IMG/VR virus record: IMGVR_UViG_2840842423_000001
Coordinates: 101,185 to 165,184 of that record
Origin: a virus
Taxonomy: Duplodnaviria; Caudoviricetes
Direction: 5' to 3' (one strand)
DNA: 64,000 bases
The notes under the pieces were generated by a model. The model searched no databases, was not told the origin of the DNA, and worked only from the letters and a program-made list of their open reading frames with translations. This document shows positions 11,994-23,059 of this stretch, one piece after another. Each line of letters begins with the position of its first letter. The first letter of the stretch is position 1. Both the position numbers and the translations under genes were made by a program.

Positions 11994-12938
11994 ATGACAA
12001 CAGAAAACAATGGTAATACAACGATCCGTGAGGCAAAGAATATTGTGACCGTGGAAGGTTTGTTACTTGAAATGGAAAGTCGAGAAGGAACTTCGGCTGC
12101 GGGCAAGGATTTCCTTTCGGCTAAATTAACTGTAGCAACAAATGAAGAAAAAACAGAACAACATGTCATCGAATTGTTTTCAATGAAATTGAAGGCAGAC
12201 GGAAATGTGAATGGTATCTACAGTAGCTTAAAGACTGTTGTTGATGAGTATAAATCGGTAGCACAGCACGGAGATCAGGCTGATTATGTGCGAACTACAA
12301 CTGGTAAAATTGCCCTGAACGACTATGTGGGTGGAGATGGACAATTAAAATCGTTTCCTCAAATTAGTGCAACATTTGTAAATCGTTTAGACGCAGGCGA
12401 GGAACCGAATTACCATGCAGGCTTTGAAACGGAACTAGTTGTATCCAAGGTAGTTGAGGAAATTAACCAAGATGAAGAAGAGACTGGTAGAGTTAAATTA
12501 GGTGGATATATTCCATTATATGGTGGAAAAGTAATTCCATTTGAATTTGTAGTCAATGAAGATGGATCACCTTACGTACTGGATAATTATGAAAATGGTG
12601 ACACTGTTTTCGTTTATGGAGATATTATCAACTTTAAAGAGAAGACTGTGAAGACTATTGAGTCGGCGTTTGGCGCAGATAAACAGGAAGTAAATTACAA
12701 AACGACCAGATCTTGGACTGTGAGTGGTGGTGTCGAACCATACGAAGAAGATAATGTTAATACATATAATGTAGATGCTATTAAGAAAGCGTTAGCTGAG
12801 CGAGAAGTTTACTTAGAAGGATTGAAAGAAAAAAAGAAAAAAGGTGGAGAGAAGAAGAAAGGCGGATTTGATACAAAGAGTAAGACTAAGAAGAAATCTG
12901 GGGCTGCCAGTATAGACCAGGATTCACTACCTTTTTGA
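11994..12938 (+). CDS. single-stranded DNA-binding protein (SPbeta YorF-like)
   Basis: Beta-rich OB-like body, basic/acidic tail ending DSLPF; upstream of the Sak4-like ATPase. Confidence 0.7.
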   Translation: MTTENNGNTTIREAKNIVTVEGLLLEMESREGTSAAGKDFLSAKLTVATNEEKTEQHVIELFSMKLKADGNVNGIYSSLKTVVDEYKSVAQHGDQADYVRTTTGKIALNDYVGGDGQLKSFPQISATFVNRLDAGEEPNYHAGFETELVVSKVVEEINQDEEETGRVKLGGYIPLYGGKVIPFEFVVNEDGSPYVLDNYENGDTVFVYGDIINFKEKTVKTIESAFGADKQEVNYKTTRSWTVSGGVEPYEEDNVNTYNVDAIKKALAEREVYLEGLKEKKKKGGEKKKGGFDTKSKTKKKSGAASIDQDSLPF

Positions 12939-13067
12939 TAGCAATAATGAGGTAAATAATACATATGATATGTTTAGTTATTTAGAAGTTGATCCATGGT
13001 GGATGAATGTAATGGGGTATTAATAACCAAATAATGATATATTATATAACGGAAGGAGGTGGTTTCG

Positions 13068-14255
13068 ATCACCAACAAACAAGAAGAAAGAGAGAAAAGA
13101 ATTATACAAGGAATAAAAGATGCGCAAAAACTAATCCAATGTGAAGACAGGATGCCGAGCGCTACTGAATTAAGCAATAATAACTATGAATGGTTAAGAA
13201 GCTTGATTGGGACTAACGGTGGATTTAAAAGGTGGTCAAAAGAGCTAGAACTCCCATTAAAAGATTATAGAAAAACAGGAGCAACTGACGAAGAAATTGA
13301 ACAAGAGATACGAGATGTAATGAAAAAAGGTAATTTTAACAGAATGATGACCAAAAAAGAAATTAGAGAAGCTAGTGGAAACAACTCTCTTAATTCTAGA
13401 ATTGATAGAACATATGGCTATTCAGGTTGGGCAAAACGTCTAGGGGTTGACATGAAAACCCGAGAGGGCTATTCTGAACCAAAAGAAAAACAAGAGCTTC
13501 AGATTAAAGAAGGAATTAAAGAGGCACAAAAAGAACTAATGATTGAAAGAATGCCCACATCTTTAGAGTTGAGAAGTGGCAGGTTTGGTCGGTTAAATTC
13601 ACTCATTACGAAAAACAAAGGTTTCCTATACTGGGCAAAAGAACTGAACCTTGAGAGGAAACAAGGAAGTCCCACCAAAAGAATGAATGATAGTGAAATC
13701 GTTAGTGCGATCAAGATCATCCTAAGCTCTCTTAGCATAGACAGAATGCCTTCTTCTTCTGAAGTTCACCAGTCTGAGTTTGGTGGAAAACTACATAACA
13801 GCATTGTTAGAACATACGGCTATAGAGAATGGGCAAAGAAGTTGAGCCTAAAGTTAAAAGAATCAGAAACTCAACTTGGCAATGATTATGAGCGTATAGT
13901 CGTTGATATGTTAAGAGATAAAGGGTACGAGGTTGACAAAATGACAACTAATCACCCTTTCGACCTACTAGTTAACAAATCTATAAAAGTTGATACTAAA
14001 GTTGCTAATCCACATATGTTAAAAGGGAAAGACAGGGTTCACACTTTTGCAACGAACAAAAGATTTGGTTCTTGTGATTTATACATAATGGTAGCTTTGG
14101 ATGAAAAAGAAGAAATAGAGAAAGTGTTGATTATACCAAGTCACAGGCTGCAAATCGTTACACTTTGTATTGGCAGAAATAGTAAGTATGATGTGTATGA
14201 CTATCGGTTTGATATGATAGATAAGTACACCGAGTTTTTTGACTTAATTAAGTAA
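13068..14255 (+). CDS. free-standing homing endonuclease, repeated DNA-binding modules plus PD-(D/E)xK domain
   Basis: Four RMP/RMM...G...WA..L.L repeats; C-terminal PFDLLV...KVDTK; probable ATC start after GGAGGTG. Confidence 0.65.
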   Translation: MTNKQEEREKRIIQGIKDAQKLIQCEDRMPSATELSNNNYEWLRSLIGTNGGFKRWSKELELPLKDYRKTGATDEEIEQEIRDVMKKGNFNRMMTKKEIREASGNNSLNSRIDRTYGYSGWAKRLGVDMKTREGYSEPKEKQELQIKEGIKEAQKELMIERMPTSLELRSGRFGRLNSLITKNKGFLYWAKELNLERKQGSPTKRMNDSEIVSAIKIILSSLSIDRMPSSSEVHQSEFGGKLHNSIVRTYGYREWAKKLSLKLKESETQLGNDYERIVVDMLRDKGYEVDKMTTNHPFDLLVNKSIKVDTKVANPHMLKGKDRVHTFATNKRFGSCDLYIMVALDEKEEIEKVLIIPSHRLQIVTLCIGRNSKYDVYDYRFDMIDKYTEFFDLIK

Positions 14256-14782
14256 TACATATGAATAAACAATAATATAACAGGGGATTTTTGATTGGCT
14301 AAAATTTTAGGATTAAAACATAAATATTCGGACATGTATGAGTCAATTTACTATTATAATGATGCTCTACTATCAGACGGAATAGTGTTTAAAGAAGAAA
14401 ATACCGATTATGAAGATAGGAATGGCAACCTACAGATTAGAGCAGAGCTTAATATAAAAGTTATTGACGAGAATGACGCACAACATTTAGGAATATATTG
14501 TGGAGATATATTAGACAAAATTCAAACACATCTAATGCTTAAAGAAATACTGGGATGGTATGAAAGTTATTCAAGAGAAGAGTTTGTAAAATTATTGCAG
14601 GAGTTTTCATCAACTTCCATGACTTCAAAATCTCAAAGTACAAAAGCACACCAAGATAATATAAGGCAGTGGGTTGAAGAAGAATTTGAGTTTGTTGAGA
14701 ATGACGATCTTGGTCACACTGACTAAAAATAATTTCAATACATTGCTAAAAAATAAAAAAGGATAAGAAGGAGAAATGTTAA

Positions 14783-15766
14783 ATGTCATTAGATATATTT
14801 GCGCCTAGTAAAAGTGTAGTTAGTAAGGGGTTATTTGGGAAGAAAATTATGGTATATGGTTTTAATGATTTAGGCAAAACTTATCAGACTTCACGGATGG
14901 AAAAACCATATTTTCTCAGTTTTGAAAAAGGCTTGTCGGCAATAGACGGTGTTCCATTTGCCAATATTAAAAAGTGGTCGGATTTCACAAAGGTGCTAAA
15001 ACAGTTCGCCAGAAACTCTGAGAAAGCAAAAGAGCTTTATCAAACCATTATCATTGACGGAACAGACATCATGGCTAAGTATTGCGAGAAGTATGTTAGT
15101 AACGCTTACGGTGTTAACCGAATTAAGGACGGAAATGAGGGGTTCGGTTTATGGAAGGAACTGGAAACGGAGTTATTCTTTGCAATTGATGAATTGATTT
15201 CACTTGATTTTACAGTTGTTTTTATCGCTCATGAAATGGTAGAGAGTAAAGACAGTGATAGAAAAGTTCCTAAAGGTGACAAGCGATTAATGCCTTTAAT
15301 TCAAGACAATTGTGACTATGTGATCTACCTAAAAGGAAATAATGTGGACGAAGACAATAATGTTATTCTTTCATCAGCTTATACTGTGCAAACTGACGAA
15401 TTTTTTGCTAGAAGTCGTTTTACTCAAACACCACCATTTATAGAAGAATTCACCGCAGAGAATCTAGAAGCTGCCATTGTTGAGGGAATCGAGAAGGAAA
15501 GTAAGGTTCAAGGGTTTAGTTTAGTAAGCGAAGATGAGAAGCGAAACGTGTACAAAGAAACTAAATTAAACTACGACGAACTAATGTCTGAAATCAAACA
15601 GGTTGGAGGACAATTGGTTGAAATTGACAAGTTGGACGAAATGAATAATATCGCAGAGAAACAATTAGGTATTGGAAATAGAGTGACAGAATGTAAAAAA
15701 GGTCAAGAGGAAGTAATGTCTGTCATCTTAGATGAAATGAAAGAGTTGCTTGAAGAAGCTGAATAG
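14783..15766 (+). CDS. Sak4-like AAA ATPase recombinase (YorG-like)
   Basis: P-loop YG...LGKT, IIIDG Walker B, VFIAHE motif. Confidence 0.75.
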   Translation: MSLDIFAPSKSVVSKGLFGKKIMVYGFNDLGKTYQTSRMEKPYFLSFEKGLSAIDGVPFANIKKWSDFTKVLKQFARNSEKAKELYQTIIIDGTDIMAKYCEKYVSNAYGVNRIKDGNEGFGLWKELETELFFAIDELISLDFTVVFIAHEMVESKDSDRKVPKGDKRLMPLIQDNCDYVIYLKGNNVDEDNNVILSSAYTVQTDEFFARSRFTQTPPFIEEFTAENLEAAIVEGIEKESKVQGFSLVSEDEKRNVYKETKLNYDELMSEIKQVGGQLVEIDKLDEMNNIAEKQLGIGNRVTECKKGQEEVMSVILDEMKELLEEAE

Positions 15767-15772
15767 TTACCA

Positions 15773-15801
15773 TTGACAATAACTAAATAATATTATATAA
15801 T
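15773..15801 (+). promoter_or_regulatory. sigmaA promoter with phage box
   Basis: TTGACA-17-TATAAT, spacer ataactaaataatatta. Confidence 0.85.
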
Positions 15802-15832
15802 GTATTCAACAAGCAATACATACACAACAAAC

Positions 15833-15871
15833 AAAATAGGAGAGTATCCCACACGATCACTCTCCTATTTT
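15833..15871 (+). terminator. 13-bp leader hairpin (terminator/attenuator-like)
   Basis: aaaataggagagt ... actctcctatttt. Confidence 0.5.
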
Positions 15872-15922
15872 CATTATCATCTACACTAACACATCTGCAC
15901 CAGTAAAAGGAGGCGACACACA

Positions 15923-16114
15923 ATCAACATACAACAAGCTTTACCATACATATTAATCTACACACCACTTATCATTCTCTACCTGTTATTCCTATTCTTC
16001 CCAACATCTAAACTGGGAAGTAGCCTAGCAGCTAAACTGTATCTTCACATAGAGGATAGTAAACAAATATTATACGACAGAATGGAAGAGGAGCATAACA
16101 AAAAGGATGAATAA
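15923..16114 (+). CDS. small membrane protein with ATC start, not in ORF track
   Basis: AAGGAGG 9 nt before ATC; 63 open codons with a hydrophobic segment. Confidence 0.5.
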   Translation: MNIQQALPYILIYTPLIILYLLFLFFPTSKLGSSLAAKLYLHIEDSKQILYDRMEEEHNKKDE

Positions 16115-16450
16115 TATCATATAAAATAATAGTAATATATCAGATATTCAAGCAAGTAGTCAAAAATATTGGAAATTCCGGTATGCAACTTTGACACAAA
16201 ATGCGAAGGAGTGGAAGAATTGAAAGAAAATGATTTTATAACAAGAGAAGAAGCATTAAAAGCTTTAAAAAAAGGAAAAAGAGTGCAATTTCATTGGAAA
16301 GATAAAGTTGCAGAAATAAGCCCTGATACTACTCTTAACGAATTACGTTGGAACTTAATGGCTAATTTAAAACTCCTTGTAAGTGACGTTGTGAATGGTA
16401 AATATTCAATTATTAATTAATGTCGCATTCCGAACAAAGAATGAATTAAA

Positions 16451-16466
16451 TAAAACACATATTTTA
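16451..16466. repeat. TAAA-N8-TTTA intergenic site
   Basis: taaa-acacatat-ttta, upstream of the MTase. Confidence 0.65.
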
Positions 16467-16512
16467 ATTGAGCATTATAGTCAAATAATATTGTAATAAA
16501 GGAGTGAATTAG

Positions 16513-17301
16513 TTGATTAAAGAAAACAGTGTAAACTGCTATGATGCAATTGATTTCATGAGAATGACATACGAAGAACTCGGAGACAATTCTGTTCAAA
16601 TGTTCTTAGTTGATTTTCCATATACATTTAAAGGTAAAAATAGAGTAACAGCAAACAAATGGGATTTGCCTGTTGATGATAAAGAGTTCTTTGAGATTGC
16701 AACTAAGATGTTGGCTGATGATGGAGTTATCGCTTTGACTGCCACTAATCCATTTGCCAGCTATTTAATATCAAATCACTTAGACATGTTCAAGTATGAA
16801 TGGATATGGGAGAAAGACAATGGTAGTAACTTTATGCACACGAAATATCAACCAATGAAAGTACATGAGCAAGTATTGATCTTTGGTAAAAGTGCTACTA
16901 CATATACTAAAAAGGGAAACAATATGAAATATAATCCACAATTCACTGAAGGAAAACCTTATGAAGTTAAACGTAAAGGGATGACAGAAAACTTAGCTAC
17001 AGGAAAAGGATATGAGCGAACTAGTGGCAAGTATGAAGGTAAACGACATCCTAGAAGTGTTCAAAAGGTAAGCTTAGAGAGAGGTTTACATCCAACTCAG
17101 AAACCTGCTGGACTATTTGAATTTTTAATTCGTACATACACAGATGAAAATGATATTGTAATAGATTGTTGTGCAGGAAGTGGAACGACAGCTATTGCAG
17201 CAATCGATTCAAATAGACAATACATAGTGAATGACAATAGTTATGATTATGAAGTGCTAATAAATGATCGTATTGAAAAACATGTAAGCAAACCACGATG
17301 A
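16513..17301 (+). CDS. N4/N6 DNA methyltransferase, beta class (orphan)
   Basis: Motif IV variant DFPY, HPTQKP, motif I DCCAGSGTT. Confidence 0.88.
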   Translation: MIKENSVNCYDAIDFMRMTYEELGDNSVQMFLVDFPYTFKGKNRVTANKWDLPVDDKEFFEIATKMLADDGVIALTATNPFASYLISNHLDMFKYEWIWEKDNGSNFMHTKYQPMKVHEQVLIFGKSATTYTKKGNNMKYNPQFTEGKPYEVKRKGMTENLATGKGYERTSGKYEGKRHPRSVQKVSLERGLHPTQKPAGLFEFLIRTYTDENDIVIDCCAGSGTTAIAAIDSNRQYIVNDNSYDYEVLINDRIEKHVSKPR

Positions 17302-17959
17302 TTGTATAATACTATAAATTAAAGGAGGCACACAAAATGGAAATACTAACACAAACAGAACACACATTTCAATTTTATTTCATCATATTATTATCAATAC
17401 TCTCTATTCTATTTCTTCTATTCTTAGGAATAGGCACACTAGTTGAGATGATATCAAAAAGAAAATTTACTCCTTTAGGCATCTTTGGAGTAACATTCGC
17501 ATTGTGTTTAACAGCAATAATAGTATTTGGTGTAGTCATGCACATAGATCGTGGTGCAGAAGTTACATACAAAGCTACAGTGGATGATTTTAACGAAGTC
17601 TATGAGAGTGGATATAAGGTTATAGGTCAAGAAGATAAGATTTACTTGTTGAAGAAAATAGATTGAAAGGAGGAAGTTAAGTGAAAGCAATATTAAAACA
17701 TAGTTTTTCAGCAATATTTATCTATGGTGGCAATCATTTGCCATCTGGATTACCTGATAGTCTCGATGAAGTAGATTCTCAAGACATTTATGAGTTTAAA
17801 AAGGGTGATGAGGTAGATGTAATCAAGGTTGTAAATAATCCTATTTATGATAGCGGCAAAGGATATGTAATTATGAATCAACGGAGTGAAACGGTTACTG
17901 TAGATGAGTTGTTCTTGGAGATCAATCAATAAATTATAGTTTAAACAGGAGGATTTCAA

Positions 17960-18316
17960 ATGAAAGAATTAAAACATGATTTGTTAACCAGTAAGTACAC
18001 GAAAGTTTACCATGAAGAAGATTTTCAATTTAATGCGCCGCATCACTTTGATGTTGTATCAAGCGAAGATGAGACCAATCTACTGGCAGGAATTAACTTC
18101 CAAGAAGGTGTAATCAAAGAACACGGTGTAAATGGTGTTATGAATGAAGATTTGATTGCTGTGATTATTACACGATTAGAACATTTTAATCAATCTGATT
18201 TTCGCTGTAGAGAAAACTCAATGGCGATTACCAAATTGGAAGAAGCGTTGCTATGGTTGCGGAAGAGAACAATGGGTAGAGAGCAGCGTGGAGTTGAAGG
18301 AAAACATGTCAAATAA
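17960..18316 (+). CDS. tad1: Tad1/Acb2-family anti-defence nucleotide sponge
   Basis: FQEG...GV..EDL......RL..F....F.CREN..A.TKLEEAL.WL..R...R..R.VEG pattern and size match Tad1 as I recall it. Confidence 0.8.
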   Translation: MKELKHDLLTSKYTKVYHEEDFQFNAPHHFDVVSSEDETNLLAGINFQEGVIKEHGVNGVMNEDLIAVIITRLEHFNQSDFRCRENSMAITKLEEALLWLRKRTMGREQRGVEGKHVK

Positions 18317-18583
18317 GGAGTGTGAATAATTTGGTAAACGAAAAAACATGGAAAGACTTTAGAGATTCAGGGTTACTGTGGTTTATCAATCAAACATTAC
18401 ATTTGTTCGGTTGGGCTTTAGTTGCAGAAATAGAAGAAGATGAGATTAAAAGAGTTTATCCAGCTAGAGTTAAGTTTAGAGGGTTTGATGAAGATACGAA
18501 TAGCAATGGTTATGTTAAGTTATCAGAATATCTCAAGAATAATATTGATGATTTACATAAAGAATCTAAAGAATAAATTACAA

Positions 18584-18599
18584 TAAAAGTTAAATTTTA
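18584..18599. repeat. TAAA-N8-TTTA intergenic site
   Basis: caataaa-agttaaat-tttattg, between stop and RBS. Confidence 0.7.
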
Positions 18600-18842
18600 T
18601 TGGAAATTAAAAGGAGAATACACAAATGAATATTTGGTTTTTAGTTTTGATCGGATTATTTTTATTAAGCTTAGGGATAACATTGGCTAAACATGGTGAA
18701 CAAAAACGAGAGGTACACAATTTTTGGGTGGTATTGATTAGTGGTTTAATACAGGTTTGGCTAATCTATATGGCAGTTTCAGTAGGGTTTTAACTAGTCG
18801 AAGAGGAGGACAGTATGACAGAAACAAATGAGGTGAATTACA

Positions 18843-19397
18843 ATCGCAAAAACAGATACAACTCTTAAACTTGAAAGAAGTGTATGGAATGCAACAAATA
18901 AGATGGGAACGTTTGGTTGTTTTGAAGTGACTATCGGATTTGGCAGTGGCAAGGAGCGTGTCGATTATATTACATATGATACAAAAGGCGTATGGAAATG
19001 TTATGAAATTAAAGTTTCCAAGTCAGATTTCTACAGTAAAGCAGCAAAGACATTTGTAGGTCATTATAATTATTATGTTCTGACAAACGAATTATATAAA
19101 CTAGTAAAAGATGATATACCAAACCATATAGGTGTATATGTAGGAGAGCAAAGTGTAAAACGTGCAAAGAAACAAGAGTTGGCTGTAGATGAGCAAATAC
19201 TGAAGGATTCAATGATTCGATCTCTTGCAAGAGAGTTTCAGAAGCAATATAGGAGTGGCAATCCGAATGTGGTTGAAAGCTTAGAGAGACAGCTAAGAAA
19301 TGCGCGAGAGGAAGCAAGAGGAGACAGGAAAAGATTGCAAGAGTTAATGAATTTTGGTAGAGATAAATACGGTAGGAATTGGTATATGGATGAATAG
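18843..19397 (+). CDS. PD-(D/E)xK nuclease-fold protein (MmcB-like), probable ATC start
   Basis: FEV...RVD...CYEIKVSKSDF; GAGGTG 7 nt before in-frame ATC. Confidence 0.6.
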   Translation: MAKTDTTLKLERSVWNATNKMGTFGCFEVTIGFGSGKERVDYITYDTKGVWKCYEIKVSKSDFYSKAAKTFVGHYNYYVLTNELYKLVKDDIPNHIGVYVGEQSVKRAKKQELAVDEQILKDSMIRSLAREFQKQYRSGNPNVVESLERQLRNAREEARGDRKRLQELMNFGRDKYGRNWYMDE

Positions 19398-20293
19398 AAA
19401 GGAGAATTACATATGAAAGTTTTAGCAACGGCATCACTTAGATATTGGGACGGAGAAGCTATATCGACTGCACCCGAAAGATTAGAAATAATTGTTAAGT
19501 TTAAAGAAAAAGGGAAGTTGTTTAAGACTAAATTAGGTGAAACCTTAGTTACAACAAGAGACAGTATATTTTCAGACATTAGTATGACATATGACGAATT
19601 TCTAGATGAAATGAATCATGTTGTTAGTGATAAAGAAATTATTGAGGAAAGGGCAGAAACTATGATTAAAGAATACTTTAAGTATGAGGCAAGGCATGTA
19701 GCCGCAAATGTTAAGAAACAGGGCATCCTCGATAAAGTTGACAAATTAAACGATATTAAAGTAAAAGTGAAAATTGATTAACAGATAGATACATAATAGG
19801 AGGAATACAAATGGAAAATAAAACATTAAAAGAAAAGTTTATCGAAGAGATGAAAGTAGCAAGTATACCCAAATTGATTACAGTTGCAGTAAAATTGCCT
19901 AGTGGAGCTATTGAGACGATTACAAATACAGAAGATACTGTAACTAAGGCTTTATATTATACAGATAAATATGATGAAGAATTTAGATTGAAACATAACA
20001 CAGATGTACAAATAGTTGGATATATGATCGTATAGAGGGAGGGTAAATAAACTATGACAGTAAAAGAATTGGTCACCGAGTTGTTGGAATACGACATGGG
20101 AGCAAATGTTGAGATTAAAGCCAAGTTTAATGATGATGAAGAAATGACTGACTTTAAAGTTGAAAAACCATTGTACAATGACGTAGTTGAGCTGTTTGTA
20201 GATTTGAGTGACTATGAGATGATCACAAAGGAAGACTTGGAGGATTTAGTGAAGGAAACGGATGAATACAATGAGTTGAAATCTCATATGTAG

Positions 20294-20322
20294 TTGACTA
20301 TAGATGATAAATATTATATAAT
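20294..20322 (+). promoter_or_regulatory. sigmaA promoter with phage box
   Basis: TTGACT-17-TATAAT. Confidence 0.85.
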
Positions 20323-20996
20323 GTATATGAGAGGAGAATGATAATGGAATTTTTATACGTTTATGGCGATGAGTGCGCAGCAATGGATTTTAAAGAACAT
20401 TTTGATGTGAGCTCAATTGTCAAACAATTAAGAGCAAGCACTGATAAGCGAATCACATTGGAAGATAGCAATGAAAACGAGTATACATTTAAGTTGTTGG
20501 AATTTGGAGATGTTGATCCCAAGTTTGTTAATTTTGTTAGAAATGAAATGATTGATTATGACCATGCAAAACAAAAAGACTTCTTTGAGATTGTGGAAGG
20601 TGGATAAATATGCAATGTCCTATCTGTGATAAGAAACTGCAACCGGAACATGAAGATTATATGATAACATCTTACTGGAAGAAAGCTATAAATGTGAGGA
20701 TAAATACCATAGTTATAGCTATTTGTATGTAACTGGAGCTACATTAGAAACCATAGATGATGTGAAATTCCATCACAGTTATACGTATGATGAGGAAAGA
20801 GATGTAAGGTTAATAAAGCAATATAACGCTGTAGTTAAAGTGACTAGAGAGATGTATTGGATGAATACTGATAGGATTGCTAGTGAGTTAGAACAGAGTT
20901 GGATTGGAAGTAAATTACATGAAGTATTGAACAAATTGGAAAAGTGGTTGGGTAAGTATAAAAATAAATAGTATTATATTTAATAAGAAAGGTGGT

Positions 20997-21500
20997 TTGG
21001 AGATGGAAGAAAAACCACAGACGAACAAGAAGGAAGCTAAGTGTGGAAGATGTAGTGAGAAGATACCAAAAGGTGAAGGGATAAAGCATAGTAGTAGATA
21101 TTATCATGAGGATTGTTATAAGGAGTGGAGAGGTCAGGCTGATGATCGTACACAGTTGATTGAATTTATAATGACACTTCTAGACTTAAAGAAACCCACA
21201 GGCATGATACTGATGCAGATTAAAAGGTTTCAAGATGAATTTGGGTATACATATAAGGGGATGGAATTATCACTTAGATACTTCCATGAGATATTAGGAA
21301 ATGAAGTACAGGAGAATGGTGGAATAGGGATTATTCCATATATTTATGAGGACGCGACAAGACAGTATGTTCAGCAAATGAAGATCAATGAAGCTGCACA
21401 GAATGAGGATAACTACAAGAATGAGGAGAGAGTGGTTTATATATCTCCTAAAGGACAACCAAAGAAAAACAACAAGTTAATCGACATAGATAGATTGTAG
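20997..21500 (+). CDS. YorH-like zinc-binding replication protein
   Basis: CxxC...HxxC N-terminus; GIGIIPY motif; directly upstream of the helicase. Confidence 0.65.
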   Translation: MEMEEKPQTNKKEAKCGRCSEKIPKGEGIKHSSRYYHEDCYKEWRGQADDRTQLIEFIMTLLDLKKPTGMILMQIKRFQDEFGYTYKGMELSLRYFHEILGNEVQENGGIGIIPYIYEDATRQYVQQMKINEAAQNEDNYKNEERVVYISPKGQPKKNNKLIDIDRL

Positions 21501-21511
21501 GGAGTGGGAGA

Positions 21512-23059
21512 ATGGCGATTCAAGAGAAGAGCAGCACGATTCAGGTACTTGGGAGCTTAATAAAACAACCTGATTTATTATCGGAAACGAATGAATATAA
21601 GATTGAAGTAAACGATTTTCCAGAGAAGTTTCATAGAATAATATTTGCAGCAATACATAATTTATACAACTCAGGAGATGTAGAGGTAATTGACTCAGTG
21701 GTGATTGATGGGTTCTTGAGTCAATATGATGTTCAGTATGAGATATTTAATCAGAATAAAGGATTGGAATACTTAGAAACAATACAGGAAATGGCTGAAG
21801 TTGAAAATTTTGATTATTATTATGGTAGATTGAAAAAATTTTCACTTATTCGAGAGATGGATGGATTAGGGTTTGACATTAGCGAAGTCTATGATGAAAC
21901 AATAATGAATCCTAGAGAAGCTGAAGAATTACAGAAGAAATTTGATAAGATGAGTATTGAGGATATTCTTGGAATATATGAAAATAAAATGGTTGAGATT
22001 AAGGACAAGTTTGAAAGTGATTCTGAGGCTCGTGGAATACAGGCAGGTGACGGTGTAGATGAATTACTTGATAGATTAAAAGGTTCTCCCAACGTTGGTT
22101 TGCCGCTGAACAGCCCAATGCTTACAGCAGCGGCATCTGGTGCAAGATTAAAAAAATTCTATATTAGGAGTGCTCCGACTGGTCATGGAAAGAGTCGTAA
22201 TTTAATCGGAGATGCTTGCAAAATGTCAGCCAAAGGTTGGTATGATTCCAAGTTAGGTGAATGGGTGCAAAATCAATTTGATGTAAACAGTGTTGTTATT
22301 TCTACTGAAATGTTGTTTGAAGAACTACAAACTCCTGCTATTGCTTACATTGCAGATGTAGAAGAAGATAAAATATTACTAGATACAATGACCGAAGAAG
22401 AAGAAGAAAGAGTAAGATATGCAGCTAATATTCTTAAATCATCAAATATTTTCTTTGAATTTTTACCAAACTTTGATGTTACAGATATTGAAAGAACCGT
22501 AGAGAAAAATATAATCAAAAATGGCGTGGAATATGTATTTTTCGACTATATTCACTCCAGCATTTCTATACTTTCGAGCTTTGCCAAGGATAGTGGAATT
22601 AATTTAAGAGAAGACCAAATATTGCTTCTTATGGCAGATAAATTGAAGCAAATCTGCAACAAATATTCAATTTTCCTAATGAGTGCTACACAATTGAATG
22701 GTGAGTGGAAAGAGGCTTGGCGAAAAGGGCAAGAGATTGACCAATCTTTCATCAGATCAAGTAAGGGTTTGATCGACAAAGTTGATCTCGCTGCAATAAT
22801 GTTACCTTTGAGCAATAAGGAAGAAAAAGAAATCGAAGAAATACTTTCACAAGGCTTTTATAAGAAAAAACCAAACTTTGTCACTCACATATTTAAGAAT
22901 CGTGGAAACAAACATACAAAATTAAAGATATTTTCATACATAAATATGGGCACGATGAGAATTGTGGATTTGTTTGCTTGCGATATAGAGAACACATTAA
23001 TTCCTATGGACTTGCTAGAGATTAAAAATAAAGAAGTACAAGAAGTTGATACAGAATGA
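21512..23059 (+). CDS. dnaB: replicative DnaB-like helicase (YorI-like)
   Basis: Walker A APTGHGKS, STEM, FFDYI, ATQLN, KNR motifs. Confidence 0.88.
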   Translation: MAIQEKSSTIQVLGSLIKQPDLLSETNEYKIEVNDFPEKFHRIIFAAIHNLYNSGDVEVIDSVVIDGFLSQYDVQYEIFNQNKGLEYLETIQEMAEVENFDYYYGRLKKFSLIREMDGLGFDISEVYDETIMNPREAEELQKKFDKMSIEDILGIYENKMVEIKDKFESDSEARGIQAGDGVDELLDRLKGSPNVGLPLNSPMLTAAASGARLKKFYIRSAPTGHGKSRNLIGDACKMSAKGWYDSKLGEWVQNQFDVNSVVISTEMLFEELQTPAIAYIADVEEDKILLDTMTEEEEERVRYAANILKSSNIFFEFLPNFDVTDIERTVEKNIIKNGVEYVFFDYIHSSISILSSFAKDSGINLREDQILLLMADKLKQICNKYSIFLMSATQLNGEWKEAWRKGQEIDQSFIRSSKGLIDKVDLAAIMLPLSNKEEKEIEEILSQGFYKKKPNFVTHIFKNRGNKHTKLKIFSYINMGTMRIVDLFACDIENTLIPMDLLEIKNKEVQEVDTE

